This document shows positions 30,601 through 39,395 of a stretch of DNA of 64,000 nt, one piece after another (the first letter of the stretch is position 1; every line of letters begins with the position of its first letter). Made by a program: the position numbers and the translations under genes. Source of the stretch: a virus. The notes below the pieces were generated by a model. The model had not been told where the DNA came from and made no database searches. It saw only the letters and a list, made by a program, of their open reading frames with translations. The DNA is taken from IMG/VR virus record IMGVR_UViG_3300021425_003044, positions 2,259-66,258 of that record, one strand, 5' to 3'.

Positions 30601-33377
30601 GTGTTACACAAAATACATTTACATTACATGAGGCAAGAGGATCTGCATTAAGCAGCACAAACGGCTTAGTTGTAGCTTCCCAAAATTATTTGTCAGCAGG
30701 TACAGGTGATATAATAATCCGTAAACAAACAGTTATAATTATAGGAGATGCAAATACTAGTGGACAGTTAGAAACAAGTTGGAGTAACTTAACAACCACT
30801 ACAATTGATGCTTCAAATATAATAAGTGGAATTATCGATCCGGCCAGATTAGGAACAGGAGCTGCAAATAACAGTACATATCTTCGAGGAGATAATTCTT
30901 GGCAGTATGCAGTTGCAGGTTTAACAAACACAACATTAAATGATCCTATTACACTTACTGGCAATTTTTATAATGACGGTTTAAAAAACATATATTATGG
31001 TAACATTGATATCAAAGTTGAAAAGGCAAGTTATTTAAATCCTACAGCACCTATAGCTAACGAAGAAACATTAGGTGTAGCAGCATTTGCGTATGATTAT
31101 TTTACAATTGGGAATAATGGTTTAGTAACAACAAAGCTCACTACAGACGGTGGAAAAATAGATGCTCTTTATCTGTCACAACAACCTGCAAGCTATTACA
31201 GAAATCCTGTTAATTTATCACGAGATGTTCCTATAGAGCACGGCGGAACCAATAGGTCAACTTACACACAAGGTGATATCCTGTATGCAGAAACAGACTT
31301 ACCAGTTGGAAACGCTTATTCATCAAGTTTACAAGTACTACCGATTGGAAATGAGCATGATGTAATGGTTGTTAACGGGACAGGACATCCGTCTTGGACT
31401 GGTAATTTGATCTTAAACGGAGCTACCATTGCAGATATACAGATAGGAATAACAAATTCAAACGAAATAGATACTACAGTCGGCAATTTACTTTTAGATT
31501 CATTTACTGGTGAAACAGTAATTGATGATAATTTAACTGTCACTGGAGATTTAACAGTCCAAGGAACTACAACAACATTAAACACTACTACTTTGGACGT
31601 AGAAGATCTAAACATTACAGTTGCAAAGGGGGCTGCAGATGCTACAGCAGCAGATGGTGCAGGTTTAACTGTTGATGTAGGTACAAACAATCCTGTAATT
31701 GCCAATCCCACAATTACTTATACAAGCACTGACGATCGTTGGAATATCAATAAAACATTCAGCGCAGGATCAAATACCTTTGTTTCAACAGCCACTGTAG
31801 GTTTTGTAGGGAACGCAACTTCCGCTGATAAGTGGGCAACTGCTAGAACAGTAACATTCCAAGACAATGGTGCCTCAGTCACTGGTGTAACAGGTTCATT
31901 CACAATAGACGGAAGTGCAAATGTTAATAATGTAGTGCTAACATTAGTAGATGAGCAAGTACAAGACATTGTAGGAGCAATGGTTAGCAGTAATTCAGAA
32001 AGTGGTATAGCGGTAACTTACAACGATACTTCCGGAACCTTAAATTTCGACGTTGAAGATCCAACAATAACTATAAGCGGATCAGTTTCAGGTTCAGCTC
32101 AAATGATAAATTTAGCAAATGTTGAAATTAGTGTATCTCCTGTCGCTGATGCAGTTACGCTAGGAACACACACAACTGGAAACTACGTAGCAACTGTAGG
32201 AATTGGAGAAGTAGATAGCACTGCTGGGTTAACATTAACAGGAGCAGCAGGAGAAGGAACAGCCGTTACACTTAGCCATGCAGATACAAGCAGCCAAGCA
32301 AGTACTACCAATGCCAGTCTAAATGTTATACAGAATGTAACTGTTGACACATACGGACATGTAACGGGTCTAAGTTCAATAAACGTAGAAATCGGGCTTA
32401 GTGGTATAACTTCAGTAGGAGCAAGTACTACAGATGCAATTACTGTAGGTGGACTTACAACCACTGCTAATTTAGTAATCGATGGTGGAGATGCTGCACA
32501 GGATACATCAATAGGGTCGTTGATTTGGCGTTCAAACAATTCTGTTGCATCTGACTTTGATTATGCCTATATAGATACCATAATAACAAACAAAGGCACT
32601 ACTGCTGAAGCTGGTAATTTACGATTTTATGCAAGTTCCAGTAGTTCTGCAGCATTAAGCTTTTACGCAACATCAACCACGTTAGAACCAGGAAGTACTA
32701 ATTCAATAGATTTAGGAGCGCAGACTAACGTATGGGCAAATTTACACATTACTACTGTAAATGCAGTCAATGTAAATGCAAGCGGTGGAGTAGTTACTAG
32801 TGGATTGACTGCTACATCAACTACAAATTTAAATGGAGATGTCAATTTAGGCGATCAAACTACTGATACAATTACATTTAATGGTAGGATAGATAGTGAT
32901 GTACTTCCAAGCACTAACAATACTAGAAGCTTAGGGTCATCAAGCCTTACTTGGAATACTATTTATGCAGGAGTATTTGCAGGAACTGCTACAAAAGCAC
33001 AATATGCTGACTTAGCTGAAATGTATGCCGCAGACGACCATTATACTCCAGGAACTGTAATGATGTTTGGAGGAGATAAAGAAGTTACTGCTGCAAAAGG
33101 ATTAGGAACAACAAAAGTAATTGGGGTTGTCTCTACTGATCCTGCATATTTAATGAACAGTGAACTTGACGATGGTACTGCAATTGCACTAAAAGGCCGT
33201 GTTCCATGCTTGGTAATTGGAAAAGTAGAAAAGGGAGACATGTTAATTGCTAGTGATACAGCAGGAGTAGCAATAGCAACAAAAGAATTTATAGGCGGCG
33301 CTATAATAGGTAAAGCAATAGAAGCTAGCAATGATACGGAAATCAAAGTTATTGAAATTGCCGTTGGTGTTTTATAA
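24612..33377 (+). CDS. giant virion structural protein (2921 aa), paralog of 14663-22153
   Basis: Shared beta-helix motifs (GDYxEDNP..VSIIGDNLRR, SPYIQN, SMVANAFT), HxFxxGDxVxY repeats, Thr/Gly-rich fibre region, same C-terminal YADLAE...GRVPC domain. Confidence 0.85.
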   Translation: MAKRFPLVVDTENNNRIIELPIDDCLDLTGSDICSVENITVTGTITLPTGSVTSFTGNYSDLADAPFIPTSFLDLEDINDGEANTYLKTDGAGNFSFRPLSMSYLNLTDVPAIPTSLTDLQISDGSDGQYLRTDGNGNFTFQNISDISFGNLIIDNNTISNSTLNQPIILQPNGVGSVTIASNTSLIIPVGDSNTRSPNLQGAIRFNTDGNVFEGYNGTGWASLGGVRSLDGETYVLAESAPGAGDDKLLFYTDGVLRLEITNNEVNFNDALTVNIDTLSVTNLQLEQSLDLSGDVSLGDSADDTLTLYAKVDGDIIPKINDTFTIGSKDFNWRNLFVSERAFINDFELPLTDGSKNQIMSTNGEGQLNFKSPDLWGGNRVYVSSIYGSDENDGITAPVKSIKKAIQIAGSMVFEPLTLDETIEFETSNLRLQKESIADATIKFIADTYGSSFGYDTIKCRRDMSLVIDAVLLDQALGTNYNQVTAANSFLRANATYTSQNESARTVIALNELISQITNLNIWSTALTDITTGINQVKTYIDTQDPNTINPLNYPIPSVLPTPNALEAHLRIGGNLLFIQDEITAWIAENYPALVYDSTKCRRDISYIIDALKHDILYGGNYGSITNAKAYFVGTAGQLGVGQETATADAYVHMAEIVTKVVLGQTISPTTGNNTAQDLTGSNATKTEALRLKELIGIIIDVINDNSIDNITRIIMPSNSWTDIRRKDATNIIKENEYEIKNNVINHINVTENLYDSIKCHRDVQEIIDSVIYDLRYGGNSRTVTAGESYYDANNNLYITGQVTETQAAISYAKTLALNYVTGTRATALSASMDLINDIITDKTNAPAKVFGDYKIKNITVMIATGDYIEDNPLIVPDNVSIIGDNLRRAIIRPKNANRDMLRVRNSVYATGIVFRDHLDATGTPDYTFRYCVSFDNPLDTATSRAGYGDLPVTRPKIFTSPYIQNCSIISFLGGNGVEIDGNLVDVPNIPPTNIEAENPVDLADGIPEQGKSMVANAFTILSFGGNAWRVINDAYAQIVSCFVIFCENGCLTQNGGYLSITNSASNFGLFSLRSTGYSQNSFIYDRGYIFKQFEVEGFQTFGVLGLKRAPLEHYVLRLKDNLGSNDVTDSYLFNEQNNLVFAEAIDPDITNVSGNQITFPQAHNFLTGDYVEYDANGDAEIVGLLNEVKYYVSVPNPTSIILYHDEDFGKPVRTLDASVCTGTHYFRKGDEYVYVEEVLETHNTYQDWQLPITEGGQTVNYGIVVGNFFSATNTSGKTIFAGVAGWDFANKVMTVSIELVTEGTNTVRNLGDAGTTIANGPLHSFPGGNITVLSTSPRTDLYTSDFKILTTQNPGIIDIANTVTKQVYFHRPSICNSSAHTWEFAGSGIDYNALPQNGGLTDEFFEQVSTIPGRVYSSGTNEIGDFKVGTFVRAYNRTGNIDFKNKVNIGELDSLSLSLSSGIVVSSISGDIELGDNEIGGPSNSRLITQLAIRSFLENRLGDFIDKQVSSNAIPSSVVQLNSSGQINSDLIPPQGNFTAYIVETFKGRLELHETIPVTDLNAGDIVIEEYDEITLTLTDVVSLVEGETITQTTNFGAGSIIATGVVKQDFTNQTEIKLIEPFTGTFTANVTQNTLSGSTSGPLLDTQTDGIYPLSVAGPVEVRQNYFITTSRAKQYLITDPSQSYTFTQLILDGTQIQGAVSNAVGVIDEYKEGVLTGVDIINDLPGGTGYTPGTYVDVQLVYGPNSGGSTLGEFALADIVVDASGEVTSVDLKRGGYGYAEGELLSVPVNPGDVTLPGASYVPRSAAGIDFEITISNIENRLYLTLDQSAGLEFNANNTNLDFIVDDTDISVTITQGTQFTAGFKGDTTGVDQANDYIIFQAPHPFVNGDHVRYNSNSNPVVPNLVNGDTYYVKVIDPNTIQVYTDYGLQGQNLVNIAGTSGTNNHFFETDSLAIDVDRFYLASHGLSTGDAVKVTAADAPVGMTSGEFLFVGSVTQNTFTLHEARGSALSSTNGLVVASQNYLSAGTGDIIIRKQTVIIIGDANTSGQLETSWSNLTTTTIDASNIISGIIDPARLGTGAANNSTYLRGDNSWQYAVAGLTNTTLNDPITLTGNFYNDGLKNIYYGNIDIKVEKASYLNPTAPIANEETLGVAAFAYDYFTIGNNGLVTTKLTTDGGKIDALYLSQQPASYYRNPVNLSRDVPIEHGGTNRSTYTQGDILYAETDLPVGNAYSSSLQVLPIGNEHDVMVVNGTGHPSWTGNLILNGATIADIQIGITNSNEIDTTVGNLLLDSFTGETVIDDNLTVTGDLTVQGTTTTLNTTTLDVEDLNITVAKGAADATAADGAGLTVDVGTNNPVIANPTITYTSTDDRWNINKTFSAGSNTFVSTATVGFVGNATSADKWATARTVTFQDNGASVTGVTGSFTIDGSANVNNVVLTLVDEQVQDIVGAMVSSNSESGIAVTYNDTSGTLNFDVEDPTITISGSVSGSAQMINLANVEISVSPVADAVTLGTHTTGNYVATVGIGEVDSTAGLTLTGAAGEGTAVTLSHADTSSQASTTNASLNVIQNVTVDTYGHVTGLSSINVEIGLSGITSVGASTTDAITVGGLTTTANLVIDGGDAAQDTSIGSLIWRSNNSVASDFDYAYIDTIITNKGTTAEAGNLRFYASSSSSAALSFYATSTTLEPGSTNSIDLGAQTNVWANLHITTVNAVNVNASGGVVTSGLTATSTTNLNGDVNLGDQTTDTITFNGRIDSDVLPSTNNTRSLGSSSLTWNTIYAGVFAGTATKAQYADLAEMYAADDHYTPGTVMMFGGDKEVTAAKGLGTTKVIGVVSTDPAYLMNSELDDGTAIALKGRVPCLVIGKVEKGDMLIASDTAGVAIATKEFIGGAIIGKAIEASNDTEIKVIEIAVGVL
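24786..25033 (+). repeat. tandem intragenic protein repeat (2 copies, about 40 aa)
   Basis: YSDLADAPFIPTSFLDL..DG...YLKTDGAGNFSF versus YLNLTDVPAIPTSLTDL..DG...YLRTDGNGNFTF. Confidence 0.7.
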
Positions 33378-33386
33378 GGATAAAGA

Positions 33387-34100
33387 ATGTCTATTCAGAA
33401 TATAAATATTGGTTATTTGGCAAATGATGGTACAGGTGATGATCTTAGAGATGCTTTCATCAAAGTTAATAACAACTTTGATGAAATGCAACTTTTACTA
33501 GACAATGCTATAGTAGTAACAGGAGAAAGTGTCGGTCTTGGTAAAAATATTTTTAAACAAAAAATTGGTAATATTTTAGAATTTAAAACTTTAATACAAG
33601 GAAATAATGTATTACTAACTGAACATGGTGATAGCGTAACAATTACAGCCGATAGTGGATTAGAACAAATTATTGTTTTAACAGAAGCAGGAAGTATAAT
33701 TTTGCCTGGTGGTCAACAACTACTAAACATTTACGGCGGTACAAATATTGGAACTGCTGTACAGGTAGACGGCACTGATTCTTATTTAAAAATTAATGTA
33801 AAAGGCGATGGATTACTAGAATTAGATACAGATCCACATCTTGGAGGCGATTTAATTGGTAACAATAAAAGTATATACGATGTCCATAACGTAACTGCTA
33901 ATCGCTTCCAAGGAAATTTAGAAGGAACAGTTTATGGTATAGATGTTAGACAAATTAATAACGCTTTATTAGAATTTGATTTTGGCGGCATTTATCAAAC
34001 AGTTTCTAATATCATTGATTACGTATATCTTACTACAGATATGGATTTTGGTACTATTACATCTCCTAGTGGTATTGTCGTAGATGAAGGAACATTCTAA
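33387..34100 (+). CDS. baseplate wedge/tail-fibre connector-like protein
   Basis: NIGYLANDGTGDDLRDAFIKVNNNF gp9/gp10-like N-terminus. Confidence 0.75.
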   Translation: MSIQNINIGYLANDGTGDDLRDAFIKVNNNFDEMQLLLDNAIVVTGESVGLGKNIFKQKIGNILEFKTLIQGNNVLLTEHGDSVTITADSGLEQIIVLTEAGSIILPGGQQLLNIYGGTNIGTAVQVDGTDSYLKINVKGDGLLELDTDPHLGGDLIGNNKSIYDVHNVTANRFQGNLEGTVYGIDVRQINNALLEFDFGGIYQTVSNIIDYVYLTTDMDFGTITSPSGIVVDEGTF

Positions 34101-34103
34101 TCC

Positions 34104-34111
34104 AATAAATA
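34104..34111 (+). promoter_or_regulatory. late promoter element AATAAATA
   Basis: Intergenic, upstream of a structural gene. Confidence 0.55.
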
Positions 34112-34128
34112 TATTATAAGGAGTTGAT

Positions 34129-36654
34129 ATGGGGTTTTGGAATAGACCTTCAGGTATAATATTAGCTGAGCTAGAAGAAAAACGAACTACATCAATATCG
34201 TTACCAATTGCAAGCAATTTTTTACCTATACAAGAAAATAATATAACAGTATCTTTACATTCTGGAAATCTTCCCCGTGGAATGTATTTAGAAAATAGGA
34301 CTATCAAAGGCACACCATTTGAAGTTTTAATTGACACAGTTTACACATTTGTCATTAGAGCAGAACAATATGGAGTAATAGAAGATAGGACATTTAAAAT
34401 AATAGTGGTAGGTTCAGACGAGCCTGTTTGGTCCACGCCCGCAGGAAACTTACCTATAGGCGAAAATAATAGATATTTCATAATTGATAGCGAAATTGTA
34501 GACTTCCAATTAATTGCATACGATCCAGATACATCAGCAGGAGATGTGATAGAATATTACATACAGCCTGGTGACGGAGAATTACCTCCTGGATTAAGTC
34601 TTACTATCGATGGCAGGATTGTTGGCATTGTAGAACCAGTTTTAGCCTTAGAAAAGCAAGCAGGATCAGGTAATTATGACGCAGGCTTATATGGTTCTTT
34701 CCCATTTGATTTTGGAGGGGAAGTATCGGATAATGGTTTTGATAGCTGGTTCTATGATACCGTTGTTTTTGATACAGAATTTCCTTCAGCAGTTCCGAGG
34801 AAATTAAATAGATATTACAAATTTTTAGTCAGTGTAGCTGATGCAACCACAGTTGTAAAAAGAGAATTTACAATTTATTTAGTAGGAGACGATTTCCTAA
34901 GAGCTGATAACACAGTAATGAAAATTGCTAATGGAGTGTTTACAGCTGACAATACACACATAAGAACGCCGGTTTGGTTAACACCTGCAAATTTAGGTTT
35001 CAAAAGAGCAAACAATTATATAACAATTTTTTTAGATGTAATAGAATTAGATTCATTAGTTGGCATAATTACATACGAATTACTTGCTACAAATACTGAT
35101 GGAAGTCCTTCCACTGTTCCGCCTGGATTAAAATTTGACGAGTATAACGGAGAATTAGCAGGAAGAGTACCTTATCAAAATGCAGTAACTAAAGAATATA
35201 AATTTACTGTAAGAGCAAAAAGAAGATTTCCTAATTCAACAGAAGAAACAATAAAAGATAAAACATTTTATATAAGTTTGCTTGGAGAAATAGATAGCAA
35301 TATCCAATGGCTAACAGAATCAGATTTAGGATTAATTAGTACAAATTTTGTAAGCGTTTTAAAATTAAATGCACAAACCACAGTTCCTAATGCAATTTTA
35401 ATATATAATATAGAAAATGGGAATTTACCTCCAGGATTACGGCTTTCGCCCGACGGATCTATTGTAGGAAAAGTTAATTCTTACGGTGACAATCAAAATC
35501 CAGGGGTAACATTATTTGACACTGCAGAAACAACTTTAGATTTAAATACAACCACAATAGATAGAAAATATGAATTTACTGTAAAAGTAAGAGATCATGT
35601 TGGTTATTCTGCTATATCAAAAACATTCTATATACAAATTAAAGATCCAAGTGATAAAAATTTTAGCAATTTATATGCTAGACCGTTACTTAAAGAATCT
35701 TTACGCCTAGAATTTAAAAACATTATTAATAATCAAGATTATTTTAATAATGAGTATATTTATAGACCTTATGATCCGAATTTCGGCATACAAAGGAATC
35801 TTAGTATGTTAGTGTACGCAGGCATAGAAACAAAAGATTCTGGCTATTATGTATCTGCAATTGCAAAAAATATTAAAAGAAAAAAATACATATTAGGAGA
35901 TATAAAAACTGCAGAAGCTAAAACACCAGGCACAAATGATATTGTATATGAAGTAGTTTATATAGATGTTATTGATTTAGGCATTGCAGAGCGTAAAGGT
36001 GTTAGAAAAGTTATAGAGGTAAATAAAAACAAGAAAATTACTGTTGACCAAAGTTTATTTAACCTAGATTTAACAAGTCCGCAAATAGCAAAATCTAGAG
36101 GCATACGTATAAAAACTAATTTGCAAGGAATAATAGAAATAGATTTTGATCCAAATTTTATTATAGAAGCTAGGACTGGTGAAAATTTATTAATTGATAT
36201 TAATCCTCTTACAATTAATGAAAAAGTTATTGCTGGTAACCAAATTCCGGGCTATAACGAACCTTTTAGGGTAAAACCTGATCCAGAAAACACAATTAAA
36301 ACAGATTATAACGGAATAAGTGTAGATGGAAGTAATGCAACAAAAAGATACATTTCTAGTATAAATCATGTTAGAGAAAATATACGAGCAATAGGAGAAA
36401 CTGAAATTGAATTTTTACCTCTTTGGATGCGTACTGCCCAAGGCAAAACTTTAGAATATCTAGGCTATACAAAAGCTATACCATTATGCTATTGTAAACC
36501 GGGCACAAGTAAAGAAATTTTAAGTGCATTAGAAAGAGATAAAATCTCATTTAAAAATTTTAATTTTGATATTGATCGATTTGTTATAGATACAACAACA
36601 GGAAATTCGAATGAGCAGTACCTAGTATTTCATAATTACAAATACAACATTTAA
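34129..36654 (+). CDS. virion protein with repeated putative Ig-like domains
   Basis: Four LP(P/R)G(L/M)-type ...G.I.G.P...Y.F.V.A modules; AAGGAG SD; structural neighbourhood. Confidence 0.75.
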   Translation: MGFWNRPSGIILAELEEKRTTSISLPIASNFLPIQENNITVSLHSGNLPRGMYLENRTIKGTPFEVLIDTVYTFVIRAEQYGVIEDRTFKIIVVGSDEPVWSTPAGNLPIGENNRYFIIDSEIVDFQLIAYDPDTSAGDVIEYYIQPGDGELPPGLSLTIDGRIVGIVEPVLALEKQAGSGNYDAGLYGSFPFDFGGEVSDNGFDSWFYDTVVFDTEFPSAVPRKLNRYYKFLVSVADATTVVKREFTIYLVGDDFLRADNTVMKIANGVFTADNTHIRTPVWLTPANLGFKRANNYITIFLDVIELDSLVGIITYELLATNTDGSPSTVPPGLKFDEYNGELAGRVPYQNAVTKEYKFTVRAKRRFPNSTEETIKDKTFYISLLGEIDSNIQWLTESDLGLISTNFVSVLKLNAQTTVPNAILIYNIENGNLPPGLRLSPDGSIVGKVNSYGDNQNPGVTLFDTAETTLDLNTTTIDRKYEFTVKVRDHVGYSAISKTFYIQIKDPSDKNFSNLYARPLLKESLRLEFKNIINNQDYFNNEYIYRPYDPNFGIQRNLSMLVYAGIETKDSGYYVSAIAKNIKRKKYILGDIKTAEAKTPGTNDIVYEVVYIDVIDLGIAERKGVRKVIEVNKNKKITVDQSLFNLDLTSPQIAKSRGIRIKTNLQGIIEIDFDPNFIIEARTGENLLIDINPLTINEKVIAGNQIPGYNEPFRVKPDPENTIKTDYNGISVDGSNATKRYISSINHVRENIRAIGETEIEFLPLWMRTAQGKTLEYLGYTKAIPLCYCKPGTSKEILSALERDKISFKNFNFDIDRFVIDTTTGNSNEQYLVFHNYKYNI

Positions 36655-36658
36655 AAAC

Positions 36659-36666
36659 AATAAATA
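36659..36666 (+). promoter_or_regulatory. late promoter element AATAAATA
   Basis: Intergenic. Confidence 0.55.
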
Positions 36667-36680
36667 TTAATGGAGAAAGC

Positions 36681-37238
36681 ATGTCAAGTATAGTTTCAAT
36701 AGATATAAATGAAAATTTTCCTGTAGCTGGACAGGATAACGATAGTCAAGGATTTAGAGATAATTTTAACATCATTAAAAACTCATTAGCAACTGCTAAT
36801 GCAGAAATTACAATTTTAGAAAATAATACAGCAAAAACCAACACTGACAATAATTTTAACAATAACGAAATTCAAGAAGCAGTTCTTGTGAATACAACGC
36901 AAAAAACTACAACACAAGCAACAGCAACTTCTATTCCAATAAATTGGACTTTTGGCCAGCACCAAAAAGTAATAGTTTCAGATGATGTTACATTAACTTT
37001 GGCATCCTGGCCTGCAAGTGGAACCTATGGTGAAATAATTATTACTGTATTAGCCGATGATGTAGAAAGAACTATTTCTTGGGCAGCAACAGAGGGAAAT
37101 AATATCAAATATACCACAGACGGTTTTTCTCTAAATTTCACTACGCAATCTAGTACAAATCCAAAAATCTTTAAATTTTGGTCAATAGATGGAGGTGCAA
37201 CTGTTTATGCTCAATATTTAGGAGAATTTGTATCTTGA
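36681..37238 (+). CDS. putative virion structural protein
   Basis: FPVAGQDNDSQGFRDNF N-terminus, coiled coil, beta-rich C-terminus; GGAG SD; late promoter. Confidence 0.7.
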   Translation: MSSIVSIDINENFPVAGQDNDSQGFRDNFNIIKNSLATANAEITILENNTAKTNTDNNFNNNEIQEAVLVNTTQKTTTQATATSIPINWTFGQHQKVIVSDDVTLTLASWPASGTYGEIIITVLADDVERTISWAATEGNNIKYTTDGFSLNFTTQSSTNPKIFKFWSIDGGATVYAQYLGEFVS

Positions 37239-37444
37239 CTCATCCCTTATCTGGTAATTTATCTGCTTTTACAGATAAAGAATTATATGACAAATATAAA
37301 GAATTACAAAATAAATATTGGTCTGTTAGCAACATTTCTGTAAAACTTCAAATAGAAATGCTATTAGCAGATTATCATTTAGAAATAGAAAATAGAAAAG
37401 GAAAAGAAAATAAAGAACTTGACGAGTTAATAAAAGTAGTATAA
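37235..37444 (+). CDS. small coiled-coil hypothetical protein
   Basis: TTG start overlapping the upstream stop, AGGAG upstream; in frame with track ORF 37178. Confidence 0.55.
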   Translation: MTHPLSGNLSAFTDKELYDKYKELQNKYWSVSNISVKLQIEMLLADYHLEIENRKGKENKELDELIKVV

Positions 37445-37447
37445 AAT
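37419..37447 (+). promoter_or_regulatory. sigma70-type promoter
   Basis: TTGACG-17 bp-TAAAAT, 6 nt before ATG 37454. Confidence 0.6.
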
Positions 37448-37453
37448 AACTTT

Positions 37454-37945
37454 ATGTCAGAAAAAACAAAAGAAATAATGCATCTAATGTACTTGAATAA
37501 TTTCGAAATTCTAAAAAAATTAGAGATTTCGCAAGACATAGATGTAAAAAAATATAATAAACATGCATCTAAATTTAATGCGCCTATACTACAATATAAA
37601 TCAGAACAAGATCTCCCACAAGAACAACAAGATAAAATACTTCAGAGTGCCTGGCTTATGCCAGCTAAATATAGTTTGATTAACATTGAAGATTTTTTAA
37701 TTGCAAAATGCAATACAAGAGAAGAACAAATAAGAGTACAGGAAGAGTTATCAAAATACAAAGATCAGAACTTATTGCCATTATTACAATATATGATATT
37801 TCTTGTTGACACATTACGGCAAAATAATATTATCTGGGGTGTAGGTCGTGGATCAAGTGTATCTAGCTTTGTACTTTATTTAATTGGTATAAATAGAATA
37901 AATCCAATAAAATATAATTTAAATTTTCATGAATTTTTAAAATAA
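37454..37945 (+). CDS. stand-alone fragment of DNA polymerase III alpha (DnaE) palm region
   Basis: RVxEEL...WGVGRGSSVSSFVLYLIGIxxINPIKYNLNFxEFL matches DnaE GxGRGS...DPLxYxLLFERFL; ends before the PDIDxD catalytic motif. Confidence 0.8.
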   Translation: MSEKTKEIMHLMYLNNFEILKKLEISQDIDVKKYNKHASKFNAPILQYKSEQDLPQEQQDKILQSAWLMPAKYSLINIEDFLIAKCNTREEQIRVQEELSKYKDQNLLPLLQYMIFLVDTLRQNNIIWGVGRGSSVSSFVLYLIGINRINPIKYNLNFHEFLK

Positions 37946-37955
37946 GGGAAAAACA

Positions 37956-38315
37956 ATGGAGAAAAATACAAGAGTAGCAGGCGGTGTATATCTTTCTGCT
38001 AAAGGAAAAAAAGTAGATATGGATAGCTTACGCCAACGAAATGAGTTAATGCCAGCTGTAGGTAATATTCCCGTAAATGCAAGAGGTGACTTATTAGGGA
38101 AAGGCGGAAAAATTATTAAGACCCGAGAAACCATAATGAAAGAATATTATGAAAAAAGTAAAGGCATGCCCGAAGAACAAATTGAATATCCTCAAGAGAT
38201 TAAAGTTGAGAATACCATAGATTCTCCACAGAAAAAAAATAAGAAAAAAGCAGAACTTAACACAGACAAATGGTTAGAAGACGCAGACGGAAATTTTATT
38301 CCTAAGGAAGCTTGA
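37956..38315 (+). CDS. conserved phage hypothetical protein
   Basis: GKxVDMxxL...AVGNxxVNARGDxLGxGGKI motif; AAGGGA SD. Confidence 0.65.
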   Translation: MEKNTRVAGGVYLSAKGKKVDMDSLRQRNELMPAVGNIPVNARGDLLGKGGKIIKTRETIMKEYYEKSKGMPEEQIEYPQEIKVENTIDSPQKKNKKKAELNTDKWLEDADGNFIPKEA

Positions 38316-38557
38316 TGCGTAGATTTTTTGTTTATCATATAACAAAAAATTACTGTATAGAATTAGATTTTTTTAAATCTTTTATTTCTTTAGGTTGGTT
38401 TGCAATATTAAATTACACAATGGACATTAGATTAAAAGGATCACATAAAGGATTTTATTGGTCCTTTTATCTACTAGGTTTTAAAATTTTTGAAATAAAC
38501 ATTTACAATAAAAATCACGAAGAAGGTCGTGTTTACGACCCTATAATAGATTATTAA
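38312..38557 (+). CDS. hypothetical aromatic-rich protein
   Basis: ORF filling the gap between two genes; AAGGA upstream. Confidence 0.45.
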   Translation: MMRRFFVYHITKNYCIELDFFKSFISLGWFAILNYTMDIRLKGSHKGFYWSFYLLGFKIFEINIYNKNHEEGRVYDPIIDY

Positions 38558-38564
38558 AGGATAT

Positions 38565-38909
38565 ATGTACAATACAGTTAAAGGCAATTTAAAACCAGTT
38601 AAAGACAAGGTGCTTGTCAGTGAAATGCATTTTGGTGAGCAAGTCACTGCTGCAGGAATTATCTTACGTGACGACGACGGAAAAACACACGGCATACATC
38701 CTAGATGGGGTCGTGTATGGGCAAAAGGACCTACAAATAAGGAAGATTACGAAGTTGGTGATTGGGTATTAGTTGATCACGGACGCTGGACACATGGGAT
38801 TAAATTAGAAACAGACACAGGCGAAATTACTGTAAGGATGGTAGATAATAAAGACATCTTAATGGCAAGTGAAGAAAAACCTGCAGACATTATTACAGGA
38901 GTAGAATGA
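38565..38909 (+). CDS. groES: GroES-like co-chaperonin
   Basis: LKPVKDKVLV...TAAGIIL...V.AKGP...VGDWVL. Confidence 0.8.
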   Translation: MYNTVKGNLKPVKDKVLVSEMHFGEQVTAAGIILRDDDGKTHGIHPRWGRVWAKGPTNKEDYEVGDWVLVDHGRWTHGIKLETDTGEITVRMVDNKDILMASEEKPADIITGVE

Positions 38910-39316
38910 GTCAAATTGATTTAAACAAATACAAAGAATTTGTATCAGCAGTTACTTCAGCAGAAAGTAATGATACAAACGCTATGACAAAACGATTAAA
39001 CAAAATTGAAAATGAAACTAACGTAAATATGGCACTACTTTTAACAGGTGCTATTGGACTCTCATCAGAAGGAGGAGAATTTGCAGAAATTGTTAAAAAA
39101 TGCGTATTCCAAGGCAAGCCACTTGACCAGGATACTAGGTTCCATATCAAACGAGAACTTGGTGATATACTTTGGTATTGGATTAATAGTGTTCGTGCAA
39201 TGGGGCTTGACCCGAATTCAGTGATTGAAGAAAATGTAAATAAACTTAAAGCAAGATATCCAGAGGGTGAGTTCGATGTATACTACAGCGAAAACCGTAA
39301 AGAAGGCGATTTATAG
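38906..39316 (+). CDS. mazG: MazG-like nucleotide pyrophosphohydrolase
   Basis: GLSSEGGEFAEIVKK, RELGDILWY, NVNKLKARYP. Confidence 0.9.
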   Translation: MSQIDLNKYKEFVSAVTSAESNDTNAMTKRLNKIENETNVNMALLLTGAIGLSSEGGEFAEIVKKCVFQGKPLDQDTRFHIKRELGDILWYWINSVRAMGLDPNSVIEENVNKLKARYPEGEFDVYYSENRKEGDL

Positions 39317-39395
39317 TGTTTTATTTTTCATCAAACGCAGTCTGCATTTTAGCAGGCGAGATAGCAAAAAGTAAAATTATAAAGGAATAATTGTT

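Noticed and set aside
14663-33377. Many 60-160 aa antisense ORFs in the track inside the giant genes, and similar ones inside clpA, polB and phoH
   Set aside because: Shadow frames of long genes with biased codon use; no recognisable motif
21760-33377. Similar DNA at the 3' ends of the two giant genes as a possible diversity-generating retroelement TR/VR pair
   Set aside because: Differences are not adenine-specific, both copies are coding paralogous domains, and no reverse transcriptase is in the window
37454-37945. Calling the DnaE fragment a frameshifted pseudogene
   Set aside because: No continuation of DnaE motifs is visible downstream, the next gene starts 10 nt later, and the ORF has its own promoter
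39340-39357. Hairpin GTCTGC-ATTTTA-GCAGGC upstream of the BI-1 gene
   Set aside because: Short stem with a G-U pair, no adjacent U-tract and no second copy; not enough to call
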